Positions 37,046 to 50,820 of a stretch of DNA of 60,762 bases are shown one piece after another. This DNA is from Gracilinanus agilis (taxonomy: Eukaryota). Both the position numbers and the translations under genes were made by a program. Numbering within the stretch: the first letter of the stretch is position 1; each line of letters begins with the position of its first letter. The DNA lies in contig NC_058130.1 of the NCBI RefSeq assembly GCF_016433145.1, forward strand, positions 601,714,283-601,775,044. Reading direction: 5' to 3'. The notes below the pieces were generated by a model. It had not been told where the DNA came from, ran no database searches, and saw only the letters and a list, made by a program, of their open reading frames with translations.

Positions 37046-39964
37046 CATTTATATTACTAGTCTTAAAGAAATGTCTAGGAAAAATACCAGAATTCACTTA
37101 AGATTTCAAACTCTTTATGAATCAATTGGGGGTGGGGAGAGGGAATCAATCAGACACCACTAATTTACTCCGGGGTTCCTGAAGACACTGATTTGGCCAA
37201 GAGTCTATAGGACCAAAGAAAGCTTCTCATGCAGAAATGATGCCCGAACAACACCGGGAGGCTGTGTTTGGCTATAGTCGTCTATGAGCATTTGTAAGAA
37301 ATGTTAACACGTTTTCCAAAAAGCTTCCCCTCCTTCATCTACCCAGCTTTATCTCCAAAACACTGGCTTGAGTTTGGGGTTTTGTTTTGTTTTGTTTGTT
37401 AACACCTCCAGATACAGCTTAAAGTAGGCTTAAAATTCAAAAGCTGGGCAAGTGCTTTAGTGAGCTCCGTGATGCTGCAAGGTTTATGGCGCTAAGAATG
37501 GCACAAGCTAACAAAAAGCAGCGCCGTCGGGAGACGGGGCGCACCCTGAGGAGCTCTAGCAGCACATTTGTTTAGGCTCATCCCAGCGGTGGTTTTTATG
37601 GGAGGTGGGGGAGGGGAGGCAGAGGAGGGAGAGTGTTGTCATTTACACCCTCTAACACGAGCAGACAACCCCACAACATGCTGTGACAAGAAAACATTCT
37701 ATGGGCCACCAAGGGACAGATCAGCACATCTTTTGATGAGTTACAGGATACTCCCCCCAGGACAATCCAGCTCCTAAAGCCAATAAAGTTTAAAATTCCC
37801 TTATTCCGGCCCAGCCACCAGGCATCTTCCACCTAGTCGGCCATTAGCACACGTCTGAGTTAAGAGGTCTAACAAAAGGGCCAGAGCCCCCAACTTCCTT
37901 GACTTTAATTAAACTTGGCTCCAACTTCTGAAAATCCTCAAGTTTTTATTTTGTTTTGTGGTTGTACTAATGCCTTTAAATGAGAGGAGCTGTGAAAGAA
38001 AGGGAAAAAGCAAATTCCTCGCAGCTGTGTGGGAGTGTTCTGCCAACTGCAACACAGGAAGACGTTCTCCCAAGTAAAAAATTTCCAACTGGGAGATTTA
38101 CAAGACAGCGGGGGAGAATGGAGGGAGGAATGGGAGCCATGTGCATGTGAAAGACCTGCAAAAAGGAAGGCTCTTTAAAAAAAACTCAGGAGCCCTTTAG
38201 AGGCTGGTTATGCTTCACTGCTTACTACTCCCCTCCCATTTGACCTACCCCCCCCCCTTTCTGGAGACTACTTACTACACCCTTTCTAGGCAGATCAGGG
38301 AGAATGACTAGACTCCATTCTGTGGGGAGCAGTTGCTCTGATTTCTTCAGATGGAAGAGTATTAGTTGAGGTTCTTACATTGTAATCCCTATCTCCCCAA
38401 CCTTTCTTAACAGCTAATCTGGTCCAGGATCACTGGAAATAAGCTTAACAGGAGAATGGTCACCATTTTCCTTGGCCTAATAAAGTCTTAGGCTTATAAG
38501 TGGGACTCCAAGAAGAGGGTAAATATGCCAGCTAACAAACTTTATTTTCTATTAGTAAAAACAAGCTAACCATAGGCAGCTACAAGCTTAGACATTTTTG
38601 GTGGGGTGTTCTGATGCTTTTAAAGAAGATTTTAGGAAAACTACTGTAGCCATGAAGTCCATCCAGGTTAAATATGCCAATTTTTCTCTTTTTAAAAAAA
38701 TGCACTAGAGAGATATAGTCTTTGGGAAGACATAAAGAAATGTAGTTGTAGTCCTCACCTCCTTTATCAAGATTTCTGCTAAGAATTTAAGCACCTTAAC
38801 ACCTAGAGTATGCAATTTCATTATTACTCCCCAATCTTCACTCTCCCCCCAAGGCATTTTCTTTTAATCCACATTTTTAATGTACTGCAGCCAAAAGGTA
38901 TGAATTACTAATTGCCTCCCTTAAACCTGATGCTAAGACTTCAAGGTTCTGATCCAGTATTGTACATGAGCATTCTAGGCCCAAGCCAGCAAGCATGTTC
39001 CTTTATCCAGCTTTCCTAAGTGAGCCCTCTCCATTAGATGCTTCAATATTCACTCATACCAGCATCCCACCATTTAGGACAAGGTACAAAGTGAGATAGC
39101 TTCAGGGTATGTTGTGGAGTCAGTGGGTATTTGGCCCCTTTATGACTTACATACAATAATTATTAGAATTGAAGTTCTGAAAGATAGCCTTCATGCAGGC
39201 CCTAGAAAAGCAGCCACTTGCAAAACAAGATCAAATCACTGAAAAATGGGCTTGCTCCATCCACTAAGACCTGAAGTCACCAAACTTTCTGAGCCTTGAA
39301 ACAGCAGTAAACTATGGCAAATAATTTCATTACCTATGACTCATGGGACTGTTGAAGAGGAAAGGGCTTTATAAACTGTTTTAAGTGATTTATGGGTATG
39401 CATAACTGCTTAGTGAGGCAGGTAAATGCATTAGCATAACTTTATAAAGATCTTCAACAAAAAGAAGCTCTGCTTGGACCCATTCGTTCAATGACTGAGA
39501 ATGACAGCTGGCATCATCTAGGCGCTGATTTAAAGCTTACAGGGCCTTCCTCACAATAAGGCTTAAAGAGAGTTCTAGGACTGAGTAACAGAGCAAGTGT
39601 AGCTAGTAAGGAGCAAAAGTGTCCACTCTGTCTTTCACTATCCCTCAGGACCCTTTGCTAAAGTTTAACCTTTGTTTCCATATAATGGATGCAAAAAATA
39701 TATGAACTTTGTATAAGAACAGTATTTCACAACTTAAAGCTTTCCTAAGGGCTGAAAGGTCAGCTCAGAAATGTCAACAGGAGGCCCGCAATCTGGAGTC
39801 CAAGACTCTTTTTCCCTAATCCATTTATTACCAAGCTTATCCAGATCCACTTTATACAATATACCCAAAATGGAAGAGCCCATTTCTTCAAGCTATTCCA
39901 TTTATTACCAGCTACTGATGGCTCATGGGTTCAAGTTCCAATTCAAAGACTATTCACACAATCA

Positions 39965-40195
39965 TTTTCTGTCGAGCCTGACTCTTCATTACCCCCATCT
40001 GGGATTTTCTTGGCAAAGATTCAGGAATGATTTACCGTTCCTTCTCTAGATCATTTTACAAGAGGAAACTGAGGCAAACAAGGTTAAGTGACTTGCCAAG
40101 GATCACACACAGCTAGTAAGTGTGTGAGGTCAGATTTTAGCTCAGAAAGGTGATTCTTCCAGACTCCATCCAGGCTTTGAGTCACCCTGCATGTT
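39965..40195 (-). mobile_element. MAR1
   Basis: Reverse tail and CORE. Confidence 0.8.
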
Positions 40196-41679
40196 TCTGT
40201 GTCTTAGTTGCCCTGTTTTTTAATACAGAGCTGTATCCAGCCTTTCACCTATTTTCTCAAGGCACTGAAGTAGTCAAACTATCAGTCAGTCAATCTAATA
40301 TTAGTTAACAGCTTGAGTAAAGGACCTGGTCAGAGAGAAAAAAGGTTGAACTCCAAAAGAACCTCATCATTTATGCATTCAGAATTTAACATACCAGCAT
40401 GCAGAGCAGAGCCAAGCTGAGCTGCTGCTGTGATCTCATGAGATTTTTACAAAGCAACATTTCAATTTTAACTCCTGTCCTTAATCATAACACCTAAAAG
40501 AAAAGCAAATTGATATTGCAGCAAAGGAGGAGAGAGGTAAGATCTGCTATTGGCATAATAGAATAGATTTCCCTATGCCACAGAAGTCTCCGGAAGATAA
40601 ATCTAATCAATCAGGGGAACACTGAAAGACTTGACTCAAGTAGTGCAGGGGAGAAATAAAATAATCTGATGTATAATGAAGACAACAATGTAAATAAAGG
40701 AGAGGCAACAAAATTCAGGTCAAATATAAAGGTCAAAAGTAGATATATTCCTTCTCTCTGTTAACAATTGATGGGTTCATTGTTTTTAGGGAAAGTGCTT
40801 CCTAAAGGGGAATATGTTGGGAAAGTATCAGTTGTAGCAACAAATATAAAAAGAAACCATCATATTCAAGACCTGCCTGATGCCCTTCTCCCCATTTAGC
40901 TAAAATTAAGTACTAGTGATTCTCTATGAATTCTATTCATGAAATTCTTATATCTCCCAAATTAATTTAGCGTTAACCATGACATTGTTTCACAATCTTG
41001 AAAGATGTTTCTAAAAGTGATTCCAAATGTCACATACTAGTCTCGTGACCTTAGGTAAGTCTCTCTCTCTCTCTCCAAGCTCAGTTTCCTCATTTGTGAA
41101 ATGTTGGACTTCCAAGTGTAAAAGTCCATCAATTTAAGAATCTTAATAAAAATGAGAACAGGTGATTAAGTTGCATAACTTATAAGAACATATATACTTA
41201 ACCAGAAAAAAACACTTGAGCAACTAGCTCCTAAAGTTCAATGAAGCATTTCAAGGCTTAAAGAACAATGGGTCTTTGACTTTCATTATCAAGTTTTTAA
41301 CAAAACTTTTCAAATTAGTCACAGAAATGTCCATTTCATTATGTTTGCTTTATTACTTATTATTGCCTCTTCTATACTTTCAGAAAGGGGTAGGTAAAAA
41401 TGCATGCAAACAACAAAGCTTCAAAGTTTCACATAAGATCTTTTTCTATTCTACTATGCATATGGAAATGTTCATTTTATTTAGTGCTTAAGCTCAGAAA
41501 GAAAATTTATTTTAAAATTTGTGTAAAGAGGGATTTTAGTAGATTATAGAAGTCTCCCCAATAGAATTCAAGCTTCCAAAGGGTCCTACATTTTCATCTT
41601 TGTATCTCCCCAAACACAAAGTGGATTTGCTGGCCTGGACAAAACAACCCTGAGTTTTTCACCACACCCAGAAAATTAA

Positions 41680-42330
41680 CAAAGATGACAAAAGAGGAGA
41701 ATTGTCAATGTTGGAGGGGTTGTGGCAAGACAGACACTTTAATGAATTGGTAGTGAGGCCATTAACTGGTAACAACCATAGCAGTTTGGAATTGTGCAAA
41801 AAAAGTGTATGGCCTTGAGATCTTGAGATTCCACCGCCAAGCATGTACCCTCAAGGAAGTCAAAGACAAAAAGAAAGGCTCCATAACACCAAAATATTAA
41901 TAGCACCACTTTCTTGTGGTAGACATGAACTAGAAACAAAGTAGATTTGTTCATTGTCTTGGGAACCATTAAACAAATCATAGTTCATGAATGGAATAGA
42001 ATACTGTGCTCTAAGAGAATGAGGCAATACACACACATACACAATGACTATAACAATGTAAATGGAAAGAATAATCATCCCTAAACAATTTAAGGTGGAA
42101 GATCCCCTGGTGAGGAATATTGCATAAAACATCTCTCTTTTTTTTAAATGTTTATGTGTTCACTAGTTTTATTGAATTTTTTTCTTCCTTTTTTTCTTCT
42201 TTCTTTTAAAAAATACTTTGTTATAAAGAGATGGCTCTCTGGGCAGAGGAGGAATACACAATTTCTAGTTAAAGTAAAAACAAAAATAATGCAATATAAT
42301 TATGAACAATTTTTTTTTAAAAATCAAGAG
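41680..42330 (+). mobile_element. Ancient L1 ORF2 end and 3'UTR
   Basis: Decayed GAGGGGTTGTGG...CTTGAGATTCCAC...CAAAATATT...TTGTGGTAG series matches the L1 ORF2 terminus. Confidence 0.75.
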
Positions 42331-43254
42331 ATTATCATTTCTAAAAGTGGGAAACATTTAGGGGAGTGTAGGAGGTCATCATGGAGACCTCTTCAGAAGG
42401 CTCCCTCAGATCAGTTCTATAAACACAAATACAAACATCAGATTAATTTATTCATCTGACCTATTTGTTCTGTGAGGTCTCTGCCTGAACATAAGAGAAA
42501 GTTAGAGGGGGAGGAACACTTCATCACTGATTACTGGTTGGCAGTTATTGGAATTGATTCTCATCAGTACTGAAATTTAAGTTAAAAGTTTGAGGGGAGA
42601 TCTTGACCTTAAATTTCTCTTAAATATTTTTTGTACTAGACTTGTGATTTAATTGATGTAGGGAATTTCCAATGAAGGAAATTTAAGGGACAATGAAAGG
42701 TTAAGTGATCTGCCCAGGGTTATACATTCAAATGGACCAAGCATGGGGATGTCTATCTCTTGAGATACATACACATATACATATTTTTTAAATGTAATAT
42801 TTCATATAAAATATCTATATAATTTCTATATAAATTTCTATATAAAATATTAAACATCTTTTAACCTAAACCACTGCCCCTCACCTCTACCTACTTCTTC
42901 TTCTATATTTTCATTCTATTTGTAGATAGGTTTCAAGGCAAAATTACAAGAAAAACAGAAGTAATTAAAATGAAGGTAGCCTGGGATAACTCCAAACTCC
43001 CATTCTGGAGATCCTGGGCTCCATTCCCAATCTTCTGCTCACCAGCCCAAACGGGACTGGAAGTGCTGCCAAGACAGCACACTTAGCCCCTGGGGAAAGA
43101 GTATGCCTCATATTGTTAGACAGCAACCTCTGTAGCCCTTAAGAGCTACTCCTTAATTGGCTGGAAGATACCTTGTCCAGAGTGCCTTTCCTACAGCCAA
43201 CACACTTCAGGATCATTGACTACCATGCTTTGGGGTAAAAGAATCATAATAATC

Positions 43255-43505
43255 TTCAACCTAATTTCCCCTCAACAACAGAGAGCTTATATTTATATAT
43301 TGCTTTATCACTTCAAAAGCCTTTTGGGTGGATGCTTTATTTTCACAATTATCACAATTTTCAAGTGTCTCCAGTTTACAGAACTAATACTCAGAGAAGC
43401 ACATGACTTACCCAAAAATCATACTGCTATACTAAGCAGCAGGGCAAAGCCAGGACTGGACCCCAAACCTTCAGACTTCAGAAATTCAGTGCTTTTTCTA
43501 AAACA
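43255..43505 (-). mobile_element. MIR
   Basis: Reverse tail and core. Confidence 0.65.
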
Positions 43506-43970
43506 ACCATACTACAGGTGCAGGAGAAAATCCCAACTGACCCACTAAAAAGAAATGGCATGCCTTTTTTTTTTTTTAAATATCACTCGTCCAAACATAT
43601 GAAAGTGCCTCAAACATCCCAGGCCCAGAGATAGGAAAGAGGCCAAAGTCAACAATAATTAGACAATAGTTTAAGTGATGAAATCCAAAGAGCAAGGCAG
43701 TTCGAGTTTGGAACAGGGATTCTATGTGGAGATCCAACAAAGACAGGAGAACCCAGAGCTTACTCTGGAGAGGTAACTGTTAAGGAGGAGGAGGAGGAGG
43801 AGAGGAAAAGAAAAAAAAAAAGAGAGATGAGGCTGGGTCGGGCCAACATTACAAGGACAACCAACTGGTTCTGTTCCTTAGTCTAGTGCTTTTTAAAAGA
43901 CAGACGATGTGCCAACTATTTTAAAGCTCCAACACACTAATTCTGTAAACAACAATGCTTACAGCCTGCA

Positions 43971-44198
43971 NNNNNNNNNNNNNNNNNNNNNNNNNNNNNN
44001 NNNNNNNNNNNNNNNNNNNNNNNNNNNNNNNNNNNNNNNNNNNNNNNNNNNNNNNNNNNNNNNNNNNNNNNNNNNNNNNNNNNNNNNNNNNNNNNNNNNN
44101 NNNNNNNNNNNNNNNNNNNNNNNNNNNNNNNNNNNNNNNNNNNNNNNNNNNNNNNNNNNNNNNNNNNNNNNNNNNNNNNNNNNNNNNNNNNNNNNNNN
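43971..44198. other. Assembly gap, 228 N
   Basis: Read directly; one further N at 18146. Confidence 1.
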
Positions 44199-46159
44199 CT
44201 GCATTACATTTTAGGGCATTTCTATCTCAATTCTTAAAAGTAGCTCTAATAAGCAATTTTAGAAATAGGGAGGCTCTATTTGCTTTCAAATAGCACAAAT
44301 GTGTGTATAGGTTATAGGTGCGAGTACAGTCACAAAAGGGAGGTGGAGGGGAAACAGGAGAATACCCAATTTTCAGTTAATCAGAGCCAAGTTAAGGTTT
44401 TCAAGTGTTCCACCCACAGGCACACACTTCCCCCATTCAAAATGAGGGGTCTCAACCAACCCACAAATTCTTGATTATTTGGAGAATTAAGAAGGAAAAT
44501 GTTTAACACAGGCATCTGTCAGGACACTCCATTAGTTAGTACAAATTAATGACCTCGACATTGGAGTAAATTTAGAACTGAGATTATTCCCGTCAAAAAT
44601 GCATGATGAGCAGCAGAAATTTTCTTGGCACTGAACTGAAGGGCCTATGTATTACCCAGTATCACCAAACACTGAAAGAGAAGTTAGTCTTTGCCTCCCC
44701 ACCAAATTTTTTTAAGTCAGGAATTGGAGAACTAACAAAGGGACTTGAAATTCCAGGAGAAATACTGATGTGCATTTCTCCAAAACATTTTCAGAAACAA
44801 AAGGATGGCAAACTTATTGGTGTCTACAATTGGCATTAAAAAATTCTACTCCCTCCTACCCAATTCTTCAAGTTCCTCACCACGAAAATATTATTATTTC
44901 AAGCAGGTAAACAAACTGCCCACCAGGGGAAAAAAAACTTGGCAAAATTGTTTAAATTTTCTATTATTCACCTCTAACCAAATTTCACATCAATCTGAGA
45001 AGAAAAAAGTTAGAAAATACTTACTTGTGTGTAAATATTTGTTAAATCTCTATCTGGTGAAAGAATATGTCACTCTCCCTCTTGAAGAGGAATGGCCACA
45101 TACATGCACATAATGCATATATATAAACACAAGACAACACAACCCCTTCCAGGAGGAAGAAACCTATAATTTTGGGGAAGTGATAGGGAGGGGTTCACTT
45201 GATTAAAATGGAGGGAGTTAGGAAATAGTAACAACAACAACAAAAAAGACTTCAGGCCAGGCAATAATAAAAATGAATGGATAAATAATGAAGTCGTTTG
45301 CCTACAATAAATTATATTCAGGCACTTCCCTGCCAAAGAACATTAGTGTACAAAATAGAAAATAGTACACAAAATTAGTGTACAAAAATAGAAAAGAAAA
45401 ATAAGGAAAAGAAAGCTTCAAAAAAAAACCTCATTCCATCAAGAACCTATAAGGCAAAGGGGTATAGTCCATCATATATTCCACTAAGATTTCTATTCAA
45501 GACGAAAACTCAACCCCCCCCCCCAAGTCTAGTCTTCCTCAGTTATCTCCCAGAAAGAAAGGTTGATGAACAGAGCTACTGGTGTGGTCGATTTAAATAA
45601 AAATCCATAGAGAACCACAAAGACATAAAAGAGCAAAACTGGCAGTTTTAAATTCTACTGTCCAGTATCAGAGAACAGCTGGCCCCAGGCAAGTATGGAC
45701 AGAAATAAGAAACACTTAGAAGGTGGAGGTGTTCCTTCAAAAATGGAAACTGTCCTCTGCAACACAGCTGGGCTTAAGGATTCCAAAGGAAGGCAGGCAA
45801 GAATACGAAGAGCCTGAAGTGGGTTTGCTTTAGAAGAAAAGCAGGGAGGAAGCTTGGGGAGAAGAGAAGTGGTAAGTGGGCCACAATCACACAAACCAAC
45901 ATACAGTTTTCTGATCTTCCACCATTTCCCTTTCACAACAGGACAAGGACACAGAAGAAAAAACACAAAGGTTCCTTCCTTATACTAAGCTATGGCTAAA
46001 ATGGTAGAAGAGTCCTATAAGAACCACAGACCTAGGGGTAAAAAGCAGGGAAGCAAATATATCACATGGAGAAGCAGGACAGATTTGCTATCTCTGGGTC
46101 ACTCTCATCACTAACCCATGAAAAATGCAGCTACTATCATTTAAAAAAAAAAAAAGAGT

Positions 46160-46330
46160 GGAAGAGCACAGTGAATAGAGCACCAGCCTGGAGAGTTCAA
46201 ATCTGGCCTCAGATACTTCCTAGTTCTGTGACCCTGGACAAATCACTTAACTCCCATTGCCTAGCCCTTACCATTCTTCTGCCTTGGAACTAATACAGAG
46301 TATTGATTCTAAGACAGAAGGTAAGGGGGG
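46160..46330 (+). mobile_element. SINE1_Mdo-like
   Basis: CORE and GAAGGTAAGGGG tail. Confidence 0.88.
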
Positions 46331-46394
46331 GAGGGGGAGTAGGAGGATGTTTTTGTTTGTTTTTGTTTGTTTTTTTTTGTTTTTTTAGGATTAA

Positions 46395-46560
46395 AGATCT
46401 AGGGCTGGAAGGGACCTTAAAGGCCAAGGAATTCAATCTCTTCATTTTACAGAACCAGAAGTTAAGTGACTTGTCCAAGGTCACCCAGGTTAACTAAATA
46501 GCATCCCAGAATTCAAACTTGTGTCTTAATGCTCCTCCCACTACACCATATTGCCCATGT
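46395..46560 (-). mobile_element. MIR3/MIR
   Basis: CTGGAAGGGACCTTAAAGG...GTTAAGTGACTTGTCCAAGGTCAC. Confidence 0.75.
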
Positions 46561-47619
46561 CAATAGATGTATGGCAGGAAATTCCTATAGAAGCTCTCAG
46601 TTTCTGACAAAGTCTCATTCATACCACATGAGGTCATACATATGGAATAAGCAAACAAACTGCAGCTCTGGGTTTTCTGTCCTTAGCCTCACAAGAATCC
46701 CCAAGTTTTTTTTACAAAAGCCTCATTCCATTTACTTAAATAGATGGCCCTCTAGTCCCCCCCAAATCTTGACACAAATCTGTTGATGAAAATCTCTCTC
46801 CCTCTCCTACTACTTTTTTTCTTCCCCCACCCCTCTCTCAGGCTAGAGAGAAGTGCAAAAGGGGAAAGAATAGACTGGGTGGTGATGAAGAGAGTCCAAA
46901 AGGAAGCAGGCATCTCTTATTAAGAGTGTTTCACACAATCAGTGCTCAATACATGCTGGTCAAATTGAATGGGTACTCTTTGCCCCTCCTAACCCAATCA
47001 TCAGGGAACATTATGGGATGCCTCTTCTTTCCCAGGGGCAAAAACAAGTTACTTTCAAAGGGAATCCAACCCCACTGAAGGCTGGCTGAGCATTACCTCT
47101 GCCTACAGCATCAAGCTTGTCCAGAGAAACAAGTTGCCATGACTGGGCAAGATGACATCTTTGTTTCTTTCTAGGGATGACCTCCACATACAAAAGAGCA
47201 AGAAGACCCCTTTTACAAAAGGTACATTATGGACTCCATTTGTATTAAACAACTGTAAGCAAACAAAGTCTGGCTGTAAAAGCTTTTGCAAGTCAAAGAT
47301 AATGACTTTCCTAGGTAAACTGATTCTCCTTTATAATCATCATTATTTACACTCCCCAGAGACTTTGCTTACTGCACCAATAAATTCTGGATAGAAATAA
47401 CAAGACAAACTCAGCAAGCCTCATGGAGGAAGAAAAGTAAAAAAAGGAAGGAAAGAGAACACAACCAGCTTGAACTAGGAAATGTTCAATTTGGGGTTAA
47501 GGTCTCAGATGACAAAGAAATTGCAGCACTAAATGATAAAATGGAATAGGAATAGGAAAGGGTTCTTTTAACACACTAACACACACACATACCCTTTAAC
47601 TTTAACATCACTTTAATTT

Positions 47620-47755
47620 TTCATTTTTTCAGTTAAACAAATTTTTAGACATTTTTAGAATTTCAAGTTTTCTCCTTTCCTCTCTTCCCTCTTCCCCAAG
47701 TCAATGATATCGGTTATATCCATACTTCATGTAATACATATTTCCATACTGTTTA
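47620..47755 (-). mobile_element. L1 3' end fragment, reverse
   Basis: T-rich tail then CTCCTTTCCTCTCTTCCC...ATATTTCCATA, the reverse of an L1 3'UTR. Confidence 0.6.
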
Positions 47756-47994
47756 GCCTCATTTTCAGATACTACACCAAGCCAATCAATTATAAATTTA
47801 CACCAGCCTTCTTCAAAATTTCCTCTAAGTTAACTTAGCCTAAAGAAGTGCCACAGTAATAGCATCACTAGAGTTTTGATGATTTGTTATATACACACAT
47901 AGTAGCAGCTGAACTGTTATTTTAGGTGGCTGGTTTTATTTAATTTTATCTTGGATAATATGACAATCTATCAAGGCAATATTAAGTTCAGCAA

Positions 47995-48365
47995 CTTCTA
48001 GCTGTTGGCCAGAGTTGGCAGTGTGGGATGGAGCAAAGAGCACTGGATTTATAATCATCAAATCTTGGCACTCATCTGGACAATCTTGAGGGGTTAGACT
48101 GGATGGATGGCTTCTAAAGTTCCTTGGAGCTTTAAATTTGTGATAATTGCCCAACTTGACACTGTATCAAAGTAGAAAAGGCTCTGGATTTGTCATCAGA
48201 GAACCTAGGTTCAACCCCAACTCTTCAGGCTAAGAACTGTATGACCTTGGCCAAATCAATTCATTTCCTCAACTATAAAACCAGAAAAGTCAGGACCACT
48301 GAGATGACCTTTAAGGTCCCATTCCCATCCCACCCCGAAGGACCAGTTCTAAATCTATGATCTTG
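47995..48365 (+). mobile_element. Two MIR3-type copies
   Basis: CTGGATTT heads and TAAGGTCCC/TAAAGTTCC...AAATCTATGAT tails. Confidence 0.6.
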
Positions 48366-50196
48366 TGATCCTAACTGATGAGCTCTGTTATATAGGGCTG
48401 GGAACTGTTCCAGTGGTATGAAACAAGTATGCCCTGTTCCCTTTAGCTATGAGGCTTGGCCTTTATACGCTCAAACTTCAGGATCATCAGTCAAGCCAAA
48501 TGTGTTTTTTATTTAAAAGGAGGTTTCCTTTCATTCTGTCAACCACCTTTCGTATTCCAGCTAGTTTAAACCACAATGGTTTGGAATCTTAACACAGTAG
48601 TTTCGAGGATTACGGTACAGTAAAAGGTTATTGAAAAACATTTTTAAAGGCACAAAAGAAACTCATACAGTAGCAGCCACAAGTAGTTCCCCTAAAAGTG
48701 GGAAGTAAAAAGCTTAAATCTTGTCAACCCTGGTTCTCGATTAAATCCAGACCCTCCCTAGGCCTCCCCCTTCACTTGATAGTAGTTTAAGTAGAAATGT
48801 GATATCTGTCACTCAAGAATACACTCACCACTGGACATTACTTTCATGAATCTGTAAACTCAGAGGGAAAAAAAAAGCTCTTTTATGATGTAATACCAAT
48901 GCCTCTGGAGTGTTTGCCTTTAATTCTAAACTAAATACTTTAAATTTTTAAAATTACAAGCTGAAATTGCAAGGCCCAAAATGCCAAATGTCTGGAATAA
49001 CTGTATAGTTGATAATTCAAAGTTTAATCTATTCACCTTGTGAATTTACAAATCAGGTAAATTTCCCTTAAGTATGATCAAAGAAAGAAACCATCTGCTC
49101 TAAGAAAGCTAAGTTCATCTCATGTCCCTAATACAGTGCAGATCCACACTAAGAAAGGATAGAAAAATTCCTTAAACACAACTAAAATTCCTGAGGACGT
49201 GGGGGCTACTCTCCACACTCGCCTTATTCCACTCCTACCTAGGGTGTCTCAAATGTCTTGGTACAGTTTGAAGCTTAATGAGCATCAATATTTTTGGCAT
49301 GTCTTGAATATGTGGATGACCAATAATGCTCTCAAAATATTACTGATCATGTCAGGAAATTCAGAAACGTTGAGAATTAAAAACCCACCACTTCATTTGG
49401 GCATTTATCAAAAGCAGCAGCCACAGCCATACAGCAGAGCCCTTTATGAAAAGCAAGTTCATATGTCATATGTGGAGGACAAAGCTTTGTGGTGTCATGG
49501 TACACCACAACTTCAAGGCAAGTCAACATTCTCGAAGCCCTTCAAGGCAGATGAAAGCCATGTGCTACTAATTTAACTGGAGTATTCCACAGACCATGCT
49601 CCTTATTAAATGTTTTACATCCACATAGGTCCTTTTATCCTCCAACATCTCAAGACATTATTACAAGCTAAAAATAGTACAAACAGAACTTCAGAGCTCT
49701 GGGCATCATAATAGTTGGGGGGAAAGGAGCAATTTGGTTTTGGTTTTTTTTTTTTAAATACAGCAGTAAGTTGTTGGATTTTTACCTCATCTTTAAAGGG
49801 TCATGAGGGCCTGCCTGACCAAAATGGAAGGGAACAGGGCAGGAGTTGAGAAAGATGATGACTTGCAAGTTTCATTTTAAAACTTTGCCTGAACACACAC
49901 AAACACACAAAAAATAGCAATTGTTTCTTAGGACACTGACCAGTACACATAATATCAGCACCCACACACCAAAGAATGAAGGTCTAAACCAAGCATTTGA
50001 ACAATTCAAATGGAGAGTTTAAAAAATTCACTTCACTTTACTCTTGTCTAACTCCAATATCCTTGCAGGAAGGAATAGGTCCATAAGCACCAAAGAAGTT
50101 AAGGAAGAGAGAAAGAAAGAGATATCTTAAGAAAGCAAAGAAGCTTTGGCCCAAGGAATTAACAGAGCACACTAGGCTTAACAGCCTAGTTATTCT

Positions 50197-50398
50197 TTAT
50201 TTTTAAATCTTTTAACTTTTGTCTAGGAATCATAGGGGGTAGGCAACTTGGGGGGTGGAGCGGGGGGGCGGGGCGCCTGGAGAAGGTTAAGTGACTTGCC
50301 CAGGATCACACAACCAGGAAATGTCTAAGGCCAAATTTGAACACAGGACCTGCTGTCTCTAAGCCTGGCTCTCAATCCACTGAGCCCCCAGCTGTCCC
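50197..50398 (-). mobile_element. SINE1_Mdo-like with an internal G-rich insertion
   Basis: 15-bp TSD CAGCCTAGTTATTCT (50182-50196, 50399-50413). Confidence 0.9.
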
Positions 50399-50618
50399 CA
50401 GCCTAGTTATTCTAACTGAATTTAGGAGCTGAAAGTACAGCACTAAATGTCAACTGTCTTCCAACTCCAACACTGGTAGATTCATCTTTTGCTATAGTCA
50501 TGCACCTCCCAAAGTTAATGTGGAAAATGAGCATCAGCAAGTGACTTAAAAAGTATGAAAGTGGGCCCAAATCCTAAGAGAAAAGACATCACACACAAAC
50601 CAACAAGAGTAAGTCATA

Positions 50619-50820
50619 GGGGGCTCAGTGGAGAGAGTGCCAGGCCTGAAGACAGGAGGTCCTGGATTTAAATCAGACTTCAGACACTTTGTAGCCATGT
50701 GACCCTGGGTAAGTCACTAGTCACTTAACATCCCCCCAACTGTCTAACCCTTATGGCTCTTCTTCTTTGGAACTGATGCTTAGTATCAATTCTAGACAAG
50801 AGGGCAAAGATATTTTTTTA
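50619..50820 (+). mobile_element. SINE1_Mdo-like
   Basis: Diverged head, CORE and tail. Confidence 0.8.

Noticed and set aside
42400-42530. C/D-box-like motifs (TGATGA...CTGA) on the minus strand
   Set aside because: No terminal stem and no recognisable guide sequence.
43909-44293. ORFs across the N-run
   Set aside because: Artefacts of the gap.
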